This document shows, piece after piece, positions 39,925 through 47,863 of a stretch of 64,000 nucleotides of DNA. Source of the DNA: Dehalococcoidia bacterium (GTDB lineage: Bacteria > Chloroflexota > Dehalococcoidia > Plut-88900); NCBI GenBank assembly GCA_965207225.1, contig CBDBLV010000002.1, forward strand, positions 1-64,000, in the 5' to 3' direction. Each line of letters opens with the position of its first letter. Position 1 is the first letter of the stretch. The notes under the pieces were generated by a model. That model was not told the origin of the DNA. It made no database searches and was given only the letters and a program-made list of their open reading frames with translations. The translations under genes and the position numbers were made by a program.

Positions 39925-40803
39925 TTAGGCAGGCACTTTGGCGACGAAGCTCTTGGTGTTGACGATGTGGCGGTTGAGGCCCAGGTCTTTGGGGCGTATG
40001 CCGAAGGCGAGGCCTAGCATCTGGGGAAGATGGATGACGGGTAGGCCGATCTGTACCTTCTTCTGTCGGGCGGCCTTGGGTTGGGCACCGTCCAGGTTGA
40101 GGTGGCAGAGGGGACAGGGGGTGACCATGACGTCGGCGCCTTCCTCTTTGGCCTCGATTAGGTGGTTGCCGGTCATGGCGTAGGAGGCCTTTTCGTTCAT
40201 GGTAAGGATGGGGAAGCCGCAGCAGCGGGTCTTGCCGGAGTAGTCAACGGCGATGCCGCCCAGGGTGTTGGTTATCTGCTCGATGTAGGTGTCGCGCTCG
40301 GGGTGGCCTTCGAAGTCGAGGAACATGGTGGGGCGGAGGATGTAGCAGCCGTAGAAGGGTGCGATCTTGACGCCGGTGAGGGGTCGGGTGACTAGGGGTC
40401 CGACCTTGTCGAGGCCGACATCTTCTACGATGACCCAGAGGAGGTGGCTGACCTCAGTAGTGCCCTTGTACTCCAGGCCCTCAAGGGCGAGGGTCTCGTT
40501 GACCTTCGCGAGGTAGTCGGGGTCGTTCTGGAGCTTGTAGTTGGCCTGACTCATGACGCCCTGGCAGGTACTGCAGATGGTCATAAGGGGAAGCCCGAGC
40601 TTCTCTGCCATAGCGAAGGTGCGAGCGTTGAGGGTATCCGAAAGCTCGGGGTTGCGTTCACTGAGGATGCCAGCGCCGGTGCAAGCGGCTTCCTTTAGTT
40701 CGACTAGCTCTATGCCGAGTTTATCTGCAACGGTAAGAGTTGCTTTGAATAGCTCGGGGCAAGCGCCCTGAGAGACGCAACCGGGATACCAGGCGTACTT
40801 CAT
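39925..40803 (-). CDS. HdrB-like CCG-domain subunit (type-E succinate dehydrogenase anchor)
   Basis: YPGC, CTGAG, CSTC, FYGC, CCGFP, PCPLCHLNLD; coupled to sdhB. Confidence 0.88.
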   Translation of the reverse strand: MKYAWYPGCVSQGACPELFKATLTVADKLGIELVELKEAACTGAGILSERNPELSDTLNARTFAMAEKLGLPLMTICSTCQGVMSQANYKLQNDPDYLAKVNETLALEGLEYKGTTEVSHLLWVIVEDVGLDKVGPLVTRPLTGVKIAPFYGCYILRPTMFLDFEGHPERDTYIEQITNTLGGIAVDYSGKTRCCGFPILTMNEKASYAMTGNHLIEAKEEGADVMVTPCPLCHLNLDGAQPKAARQKKVQIGLPVIHLPQMLGLAFGIRPKDLGLNRHIVNTKSFVAKVPA

Positions 40804-41750
40804 TATTCGCTTTCCAGCTTTTCAAATATGCGCTTGATCTTGTCGGCGCCGGGGCGCTTGTGGTGTAAGAGGGGCGGCATCTTGCGGGCGAGAAGGGAGC
40901 GCAGGGCGGTGGGGATGAGGCCCAGCAGAGCGCCGACGTTCCTGAAACCGTAAGATTCGACGATGAGGCGCTTTTCGTCGAGCCAGCCGCTGCGTTTGAT
41001 GGAGTTAGAAAAGGACTCGGCGTGTCGGGCGCCGTTGTTGTTGACGAAGCCGTTTTCGACGGCCTTGTGGCGGAGCTCAAGTATCTGGTCCATGGGGGCG
41101 ACGCCCTTGGGACAGACCTGGACGCATTCGAAGCAGTGAGTGCAGTCCCAGATGCCGCCGGGCTGGCCGAGGGTCTGGAGTCTCTCGGCCTGGATCCCGT
41201 CCCGGGGGTCTCCAGCGAAGCGGAGGGCCTTGGCGAGGGCGGCCGGGCCGAGGAAGCGCTTGTCGACTTCGAGGACTGTACAGTCGGAGACGCAGGCGCC
41301 GCACATGATACAGCCCATGACCTGGTTGAGGGCGAGCATGTCGGCGTTGTCGACGATGTACTCGTGGTCGGGGGTGGGTCCGGTGGGGGAGAGCCAGGGT
41401 TGGACTTTACCTATCTTCTCCCAGAAGGGTTTTGCGTCTACGACGAGGTCCTTGACGACGGTAGTGTTGCCTGTGGGTTCGACGACGATGGTGTCGGAGC
41501 GGGCGAGGGCGTCGGTGATCTTGGTGTTGCAGGCGAGGCCGGCATGGCCGTTGACGCGCATGGCGCAGGAGCCGCAGATGGCGCTGCGGCAGGAGCAGCG
41601 GAGGGCGAGAGACTGGTCCTGGTATTCCCGGATCTTGATGAGGGCGTCGAGGACCATCTCGTGCTCGTCACACTCGACCTTGAAGTCTTCGTAGTAGGGC
41701 CCGGAACCCGATTCCCGGTTGAAGCGTTTGATTTTTAAGGCTACTTCCAT
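40803..41750 (-). CDS. sdhB: Succinate dehydrogenase/fumarate reductase Fe-S subunit
   Basis: SCRSAICGSC, CIMCGACVSDC, CTHCFECVQVCPKG. Confidence 0.92.
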   Translation of the reverse strand: MEVALKIKRFNRESGSGPYYEDFKVECDEHEMVLDALIKIREYQDQSLALRCSCRSAICGSCAMRVNGHAGLACNTKITDALARSDTIVVEPTGNTTVVKDLVVDAKPFWEKIGKVQPWLSPTGPTPDHEYIVDNADMLALNQVMGCIMCGACVSDCTVLEVDKRFLGPAALAKALRFAGDPRDGIQAERLQTLGQPGGIWDCTHCFECVQVCPKGVAPMDQILELRHKAVENGFVNNNGARHAESFSNSIKRSGWLDEKRLIVESYGFRNVGALLGLIPTALRSLLARKMPPLLHHKRPGADKIKRIFEKLESE

Positions 41751-41771
41751 AATCTCTGCTTATGAGGTCTG

Positions 41772-43469
41772 CTAGTAGGTGCGGGCCTGCGGTTGCCATC
41801 GTGTAACTGTAACAGGGAGGAAGTCCATCCGGGGCTCGCCGTCCTTGAGGGTTACGAGGGTGTGGCGGAGCCAGTTTTCGTCGTCTCTTTCGGGGTAGTC
41901 GGTGCGGGTGTGAGCGCCTCTGCTTTCCTTACGTTCGATGGCACCGGCGACTATGGTCTCGGCGCAGTCGAGCATGAAGCCCAACTCCAGATATGATATC
42001 AGGTTGTAGTTGAAGATTTTGCCCTTGTCGTTGATGGAGGCCCGGGCGTAGCGCTCTTTAAGCTGGGCGATGTCCTCTCGGGACTTCTTGAGGCCTTCTT
42101 CATCGCGGAAAACGGCGACGTTGTTGTGCATTGACTGGCCCATGGCGAGTCGAATGGCGGCGGGAGGGTCGGGGGTCGGGTCCCGGTTAAGGATGGCCTG
42201 GATGTGGTTTTCTTCGTCGGTCTTGATAGCGCTGGAGATGATGGGTTGCTGAACGGAGGAGGCGTACTGGGCAGCGTTGAGCCCGGCCCGCCTGCCAAAG
42301 ACCACGGTTTCCAACAGGGAGTTGGCACCCAGTCGGTTGCCGCCGTGGAGGCTGATGCAGGCGCACTCTCCGGCGGCGTAGAGGCCCTCGATGGAGGTTG
42401 CGCCGTCGACATCGGTCTTGATCCCGCCCATCTGGTAGTGCATGCCGGGGACGATGCGGATGGGTTCTTCGACGATGTCCACACCGGCGAACTGGATTCC
42501 GAGCTCGCGTATCTGGGAGAGGCGTTCAAGAATTTTCTGTTTGCCGAGGTGCCGGCAGTCGAGGAGGATGGCTCCGTCGACGCCCCGGCCAGCGTCGATT
42601 TCGACGCGTTCGGCGCGGGATACTACGTCCCGGGAGGCGAGCTCCATCTTGTTAGGTGCGTAGTAGGGGTTACGGGGGTTGCCCATGAAGCGCTCGCCCT
42701 CGTTGTTGATGAGGTAAGCGCCTTCTCCTCTGGCGGCCTCGGAGAGGAGGGCGCCGTTGGCTGGGAGGGTGGTGGGGTGGTATTGGACCATCTCCATATC
42801 GAGGAGAGGAGCGCCAGCATTGTAGGCGAGGGCGATGCCGTCCCCGGTGCAGATCATGGCGTTGGTGGAGGGTTCGTAGACCCGGCCGAGGCCCCCGCTG
42901 GCCATGATAACGGCCTTGGCCTGGATAGGCTCGATGCGGCCGGAGAGCATGTCCATAGCCACTGCGCCGCGGCATACGCCGTCCAGCATGATGAGGGACG
43001 TGACGAACCACTCCTCGTAGACGAATATACCGGCCTTCATCAGCTGCTCGTACATGACGTGGAGGATGGCCTGGCCGGTGATGTCGGCGACGAAGAAGGT
43101 GCGGGCGAAGGATGCGCCGCCGAAGCTGCGGGCGCCGAGCCTGCCGCGCTCGTCGCGGTTGAAGATGACGCCCATGTGCTCAAGCTCGATGATGTCGCTG
43201 GGGGCTTCACGGGCCATGATTTCAATGGCGTCCTGGTCGCCGAGGTAGTCGGAGCCCTTGACGGTGTCGAAGGCGTGGGACTCCCAGTCGTCCTCGCGGC
43301 CTTCTTCGGGCATGGCCGCGTTGATGCCACCCTGCGCGGCGTTGGAATGGCTTCGGACTGGGTGGACCTTGGAGACTACGGCTACGTTGGCGCCGTGTCG
43401 GTGGGCTTCGATGGCGGCGCGCATACCGGCAAGTCCCGCGCCTATAACTAAAACGTCGTGTTGTGGCAA
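41772..43469 (-). CDS. sdhA: Succinate dehydrogenase/fumarate reductase flavoprotein
   Basis: GAGLAG, RSHSNAAQGG, QYHPT, SEAARGEG, HYQMGG, HGGNRLGANSL, ESRGAH. TTG start inferred. Confidence 0.93.
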   Translation of the reverse strand: MPQHDVLVIGAGLAGMRAAIEAHRHGANVAVVSKVHPVRSHSNAAQGGINAAMPEEGREDDWESHAFDTVKGSDYLGDQDAIEIMAREAPSDIIELEHMGVIFNRDERGRLGARSFGGASFARTFFVADITGQAILHVMYEQLMKAGIFVYEEWFVTSLIMLDGVCRGAVAMDMLSGRIEPIQAKAVIMASGGLGRVYEPSTNAMICTGDGIALAYNAGAPLLDMEMVQYHPTTLPANGALLSEAARGEGAYLINNEGERFMGNPRNPYYAPNKMELASRDVVSRAERVEIDAGRGVDGAILLDCRHLGKQKILERLSQIRELGIQFAGVDIVEEPIRIVPGMHYQMGGIKTDVDGATSIEGLYAAGECACISLHGGNRLGANSLLETVVFGRRAGLNAAQYASSVQQPIISSAIKTDEENHIQAILNRDPTPDPPAAIRLAMGQSMHNNVAVFRDEEGLKKSREDIAQLKERYARASINDKGKIFNYNLISYLELGFMLDCAETIVAGAIERKESRGAHTRTDYPERDDENWLRHTLVTLKDGEPRMDFLPVTVTRWQPQARTY

Positions 43470-43683
43470 GTGAAGACCTGTAGCTGGGTCGAGTCTGTGA
43501 ATTTTATCATTTGCGGGGGTTGGGTGACAATACGGATAGCGATATATGAGCCCCCAATGGGACTCTGTTGGCGCCCGGACATGGCACGGGGGTCGGTCGG
43601 GGCTTTTCGATTGGGATGGATTCCGCCTATTATTCAGGTGAAGGCACTGCGGGGCCCGCGAACGGGGCTCCTTGGATATTGAG

Positions 43684-45429
43684 ATGCTCAGGCTTCTTAG
43701 CGTTACCAACTTTGCGACGATAGAGCAGCTGGAAATCGAGCTGGCGTCGAACTTCAACGTGTTGACGGGGGAGACGGGGGCTGGGAAGTCGATCATCGTG
43801 GATGCGGTTAGTTTGTTGCTGGGGGGTCGGGCGGATGCGGGGATGGTGAGGGCTGGGGCGCGGCAGGCCAGGGTGGAGGGTATTTTCCTTCTGGATGCAG
43901 GGCTAAGGCAGGCGGTCGGGGGCGGGCTGGATGAGTACGGCATTGAGGCTGGGGACGAGGAGTTGATCCTGGCTCGGGAGGTTAACCTGGATGGCCGCAA
44001 CACGTGTCGGGTGAATGGCCGGATAGTACCGCTTCGCCTGTTAAGTGGTCTGGCCGAGCACCTGGTGGACATCCACGGGCAAAATGAACATCTGTCGCTG
44101 CTGAGGGTCCGGGAGCACATGGATATCCTGGACAAGTACGGTGGACTGGGGGAGCTACGTTCAGAGGTAGGGGAGCGGGTGCGGAATCTGTTGGAGGTGC
44201 GACGGGAGTTGGAGGAGTTGGGTCGGGAGGAACGGGAGTTTGCACAGCGGGTGGACTTCCTGAGGTACCAGGTAGAGGAGATTAACTCGGCCAGCCTGCG
44301 GCCGGGCGAGGATGAAGAGCTGACTATCGAGCGGGACAGGGTGGCGAATGCGGAGCGGATTATCAGTTTGTCGGACCACGCGTATCGGGCGCTCTACGAG
44401 GGTTTCGAGCAGCAGCAATCAGTGGCGGACCTGATGGGTCAGGCATCGAGAGACCTGGAGCAGCTTGCGCAGCTAGATTCTTCGCTGAAGCAAAACGTTG
44501 AATCGGCGGAGGCGGTGAGCAGCCAGATAGAAGAGATGGCGCGCACGCTGAGGGGGTATCGGGACGGCATAGTTTACAGCCCGGAGCGACTGCAAGAGTT
44601 AGAAGAGCGGCTGGAGCTCATAAGGGGCCTGAAAAGGAAATACGGAGGAACGATTGACGAGGTGTTGACCTTCGGTGAGCAGGCGAATTCGGAACTGGAG
44701 AAGCTGTATCACAGCGAAGAGCGAGAGGAAGAGCTGGAGGGTCGGGAGTTGGAGCTGCGGGAAAAGGTAGGGGAATCGGCTGGGCGATTGTCGGAGGCGA
44801 GGAAGGAGGCTGGCGAACGGCTGGCCGAGGCAATCAGAGAAGAGGCAGCCGGGCTGGCCATGGAACATGCGCAGGTGGTGGTGGATATCCGACAGTCGGA
44901 GGCGGAGGACGGGGCGCCGGTATCTCAGAATGGGAAAAAGGCGAGGATGCTGGCGTTCAATAGCTCGGGTGTGGACTCGGTGGAGTTCCTGATCTCGTTG
45001 AATCCGGGGGAGCCGCCCCGTCCGCTGGCTAGGATAGCCTCGGGGGGAGAGGCGTCGAGGCTGATGCTGGCGATCAAGACGATATTGTCAACGACAGACC
45101 AGATACCGATCCTGGTGTTCGACGAGGTGGATGCGGGAATAGGGGGTCGGGTGGGGGGTGTGGTGGGACAGAAGCTGTGGGGCTTGTCGAAGGACCACCA
45201 GGTGTTGTGCGTTACGCACCTGCCGCAGATTGCGTGCTATGCGGACAGTCATGTGAGGGTGGTGAAGACGACGTCTCGGGAGAGGACTGTGACATCGGTA
45301 GAGGCGTTGGATTGGGAGGGGAAGATGACGGAGGTGAGCCAGATGTTGGGGTCGGGGGGCGGGGCGGCGCGGAGGAATGCGTCGGAGATGCTGGAGGAGG
45401 CGGGGAGGTGGAAGAGGGCCTTGCAGTAG
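43684..45429 (+). CDS. recN: DNA repair protein RecN
   Basis: TGETGAGKS, DIHGQ, IASGGE, FDEVDAG, VTHLPQIA. Confidence 0.96.
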   Translation: MLRLLSVTNFATIEQLEIELASNFNVLTGETGAGKSIIVDAVSLLLGGRADAGMVRAGARQARVEGIFLLDAGLRQAVGGGLDEYGIEAGDEELILAREVNLDGRNTCRVNGRIVPLRLLSGLAEHLVDIHGQNEHLSLLRVREHMDILDKYGGLGELRSEVGERVRNLLEVRRELEELGREEREFAQRVDFLRYQVEEINSASLRPGEDEELTIERDRVANAERIISLSDHAYRALYEGFEQQQSVADLMGQASRDLEQLAQLDSSLKQNVESAEAVSSQIEEMARTLRGYRDGIVYSPERLQELEERLELIRGLKRKYGGTIDEVLTFGEQANSELEKLYHSEEREEELEGRELELREKVGESAGRLSEARKEAGERLAEAIREEAAGLAMEHAQVVVDIRQSEAEDGAPVSQNGKKARMLAFNSSGVDSVEFLISLNPGEPPRPLARIASGGEASRLMLAIKTILSTTDQIPILVFDEVDAGIGGRVGGVVGQKLWGLSKDHQVLCVTHLPQIACYADSHVRVVKTTSRERTVTSVEALDWEGKMTEVSQMLGSGGGAARRNASEMLEEAGRWKRALQ

Positions 45430-45450
45430 GGATCTGAAGATGCAGGTCCT

Positions 45451-45477
45451 AGATCCCTCGCGGGGTCTCGGGATGGG
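45451..45477 (+). repeat. REP-like palindrome family A copy 3
   Basis: AGATCCCTCGCGGGGTCTCGGGATGGG. Confidence 0.8.
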
Positions 45478-45529
45478 AAGGAGGGGCAATGGGATGACAT
45501 GGGGAGAAGGGGGAGCTTAGAATCGTGGA

Positions 45530-46084
45530 ATGAGGGTAATTGCCGGGGAGGCTAAGGGTCGAAAGTTGAAGGCACCTACTGGGGCGACCTTTCGGCCGAG
45601 CGCCGAGAGGGTGAGGGCGGCCTTGTTTTCGATGTTGGAGGCGTCGGGGGTGGGGATGGGTCGAGTGCTGGACCTGTATGCGGGGACGGGGGCGATAGGG
45701 ATAGAGGCGCTGAGCCGGGGGGCGGGGTGGGCGGACTTCGTGGAGCGAGACAGAGCGATGGCGCGTGCGGTCGCCGAAAACCTGACGAACACTCGTCTGG
45801 AGGAACGCGCGCAGGTGCACGTAATGGATGCAGGGAAAGCCGTGGAGACGTTGTCGGGAACGTATGACGTGATATTTTTGGACCCTCCGTATGCAGATGA
45901 GTCGGTTGATCGGGTGGTAGACCGGATAGGGGAGAGGGGATTGTGCGGGGAGGATGGAATGGTGATAGTGGAGCATGCGAGGCGTCGACCTCTTGAGGGA
46001 AGGTACGGAGGACTTGTTCTGCAAAAGGAGAAAAGCTACGGTGATACAATGTTGTCGATCTTTCAGATGGAGGAAAGTCTTTGA
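45530..46084 (+). CDS. rsmD: 16S rRNA m2G966 methyltransferase
   Basis: MRVIAGEAKGR, LDLYAGTG, EALSRGA, DPPY; upstream of coaD. Confidence 0.93.
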   Translation: MRVIAGEAKGRKLKAPTGATFRPSAERVRAALFSMLEASGVGMGRVLDLYAGTGAIGIEALSRGAGWADFVERDRAMARAVAENLTNTRLEERAQVHVMDAGKAVETLSGTYDVIFLDPPYADESVDRVVDRIGERGLCGEDGMVIVEHARRRPLEGRYGGLVLQKEKSYGDTMLSIFQMEESL

Positions 46085-46560
46085 CCACCGCCCTATACCC
46101 CGGCAGCTTCGATCCCGTAACGAACGGCCACCTGGACATTGCCAAGCGGGCCGCCAAACTATTTGACGAACTAGTTATGGCCGTCTATTCAGTCCCGGAC
46201 AACAAGAGGCTGCTATTCTCTACGGAGGAGCGGATAGCACTGGTAAAGGAGTCGCTGAATGGCTACTCCAATATCAGGGTTGTGGGATATTCCGGGTTGA
46301 CGGTGGACTTTGCTCGGGAGATCAATGCCCAGGTCATGATCCGAGGGCTCCGTATGGTGTCGGACTTCGAGCGAGAGTTCGAGATGGCGTTGATGAACAA
46401 GAAGCTGGCGCCGGACATCGAACTGGTTACGCTGATGAGCAGCCTCGAGCACCAGTTCCTGAGTTCCTCGCTGCTGAAAGAGGCGGTGAAATTGGGGGGA
46501 GACCCGGACTCTTTCGTGCCTCCGCATGTGGGGGAAGCGTTGATCAAGAGATTGAGGTAG
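46081..46560 (+). CDS. coaD: Phosphopantetheine adenylyltransferase
   Basis: YPGSFDPVTNGH, RGLR..SDFE, SSS. Confidence 0.96.
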   Translation: MTTALYPGSFDPVTNGHLDIAKRAAKLFDELVMAVYSVPDNKRLLFSTEERIALVKESLNGYSNIRVVGYSGLTVDFAREINAQVMIRGLRMVSDFEREFEMALMNKKLAPDIELVTLMSSLEHQFLSSSLLKEAVKLGGDPDSFVPPHVGEALIKRLR

Positions 46561-46634
46561 GGGACGGGAACCCTCGCGCCAGCGCTCTTTCGGCAAGTGA
46601 CCTTTGCGTAGCTGGTGTTTTAACTCCAGTATCA

Positions 46635-46669
46635 CCCTCACCCTAGCCCTCTTCCTTGGGGGGAGGGGG
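46635..46669 (+). repeat. Intergenic palindromic element (CCCTCACCCTAGCCCTCT...GGGAGGGG type)
   Basis: Resembles a widespread intergenic palindrome type; single copy here. Confidence 0.4.
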
Positions 46670-46704
46670 TACCGGACCTCACCGCCACCCCCCATCCATG
46701 CGAT

Positions 46705-47640
46705 TTATTGGAAGGCGGGCATTACTTCTTCTATGAAGGACTGGACGGCGTCGAAGTCGAAGGGGGCGCGGAAGGCGATGTTGAGGTCGGTCGTGCCGAC
46801 GTCCACGTATTGTCCGATACGTTCTTTCACTTGCTCGGCGGTGCCGAAGAGCATTCCGCCGGGCTTATAGGCGGGGTCGTGGGCCCATGCTGACTCCACG
46901 TCTTTCTTTTTCTTGCGGGCATCGGCTTCGCTGGTGCCCATGTAGAAGCCGAGGTTGACACTGCGGGTGATGGAGACCGGGTCCCGACCTTCCTTTTCGC
47001 ACCAATTGTCGAGAACCTGGTTCTTGGCGGCGTAGACCTCGGGGGCTATGTAGGCGGCGTTCCAGCCGTCGGCGTAGCGGGCGGCGATGCGGAGTGTGCG
47101 CTTCTCGCCGAGGCCCCCGATCCAGAGTCGCGGGTTGGGTTGGATGGGGCGGGGGAAGAGGTAAGCGTTGTCGACGGAGAAGTGATCGCCGTGGAAGGTG
47201 GTGGACTCGCTGTTAAGCATCGAGCGGATGATCTGGGCGCCCTCTTCGAGCTGGTCCAGTCGGGTCTTGATGGGAGAGAAGGGGTAGCCGTAGGCGAGGA
47301 ACTCCATTTCGTACCAGCCGCCGCCGATACCCATTTCGACGCGGCCGTTGCTGATGTGGTCGATGGTCACTGTTGCCTTGGCGAGGAGGGCGGGGTTGCG
47401 GTAGCCGATGGCCATCACGAGACAACCGATGCGGACGTTCTCCGTTTCAGCGGCGATGGCGGCCATGGTAGTCGTAGCCTCGAAGCAGGGGCTCCTGCCG
47501 TTGTGAGTGGGGTTTTCGTAGAAGTGGTCCCAGACGGAGACCCAGTAGAAGCCGTTGGAGTCGGCGATCTGCCAGAGCTTGCGGAGGTCGGGGTAGGAAA
47601 CGTCCTGGACGCCGGTGTGCATGCCGATACGAAGGGCCAT
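46705..47640 (-). CDS. LLM-class, probably F420-dependent oxidoreductase
   Basis: VWDHF, YRNPALLAK, DHISNGR, GGGWYE, GGLGEKRTL, ADGWN. Confidence 0.88.
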   Translation of the reverse strand: MALRIGMHTGVQDVSYPDLRKLWQIADSNGFYWVSVWDHFYENPTHNGRSPCFEATTTMAAIAAETENVRIGCLVMAIGYRNPALLAKATVTIDHISNGRVEMGIGGGWYEMEFLAYGYPFSPIKTRLDQLEEGAQIIRSMLNSESTTFHGDHFSVDNAYLFPRPIQPNPRLWIGGLGEKRTLRIAARYADGWNAAYIAPEVYAAKNQVLDNWCEKEGRDPVSITRSVNLGFYMGTSEADARKKKKDVESAWAHDPAYKPGGMLFGTAEQVKERIGQYVDVGTTDLNIAFRAPFDFDAVQSFIEEVMPAFQ

Positions 47641-47768
47641 GGGAGCCTCCCGTGGTGTGAAAGTGATGGGCTTATATTAGCAGGAAGGGGGAGGGAGGTG
47701 GGGTGCTATAATCGGGCTTGTTCCAAGGCTGGAGGCGTGGCGAAGAGATGCGTGATCACTCAAGTCCT

Positions 47769-47795
47769 GGATTCCTCGCGGGGCCTCGGAATGAC
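47769..47795 (+). repeat. REP-like palindrome family A copy 4
   Basis: GGATTCCTCGCGGGGCCTCGGAATGAC. Confidence 0.8.
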
Positions 47796-47863
47796 AGCGA
47801 AAGAGGCAGCCTTGGAATATCGAAGGCCGGCGCTGGGAAGAGACTGAGATAGGCAAAGGAGCG

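Noticed and set aside
43660-43671. LexA box upstream of recN
   Set aside because: GAAC-GGGG-CTCC has two mismatches to GAAC-N4-GTTC; too weak.
43470-44135. N-terminal extension of the sdhA ORF (similarly menC to 60449, VOC to 52395, folK to 29040)
   Set aside because: ORF-caller extensions overlapping real genes; homology begins at the shorter starts.
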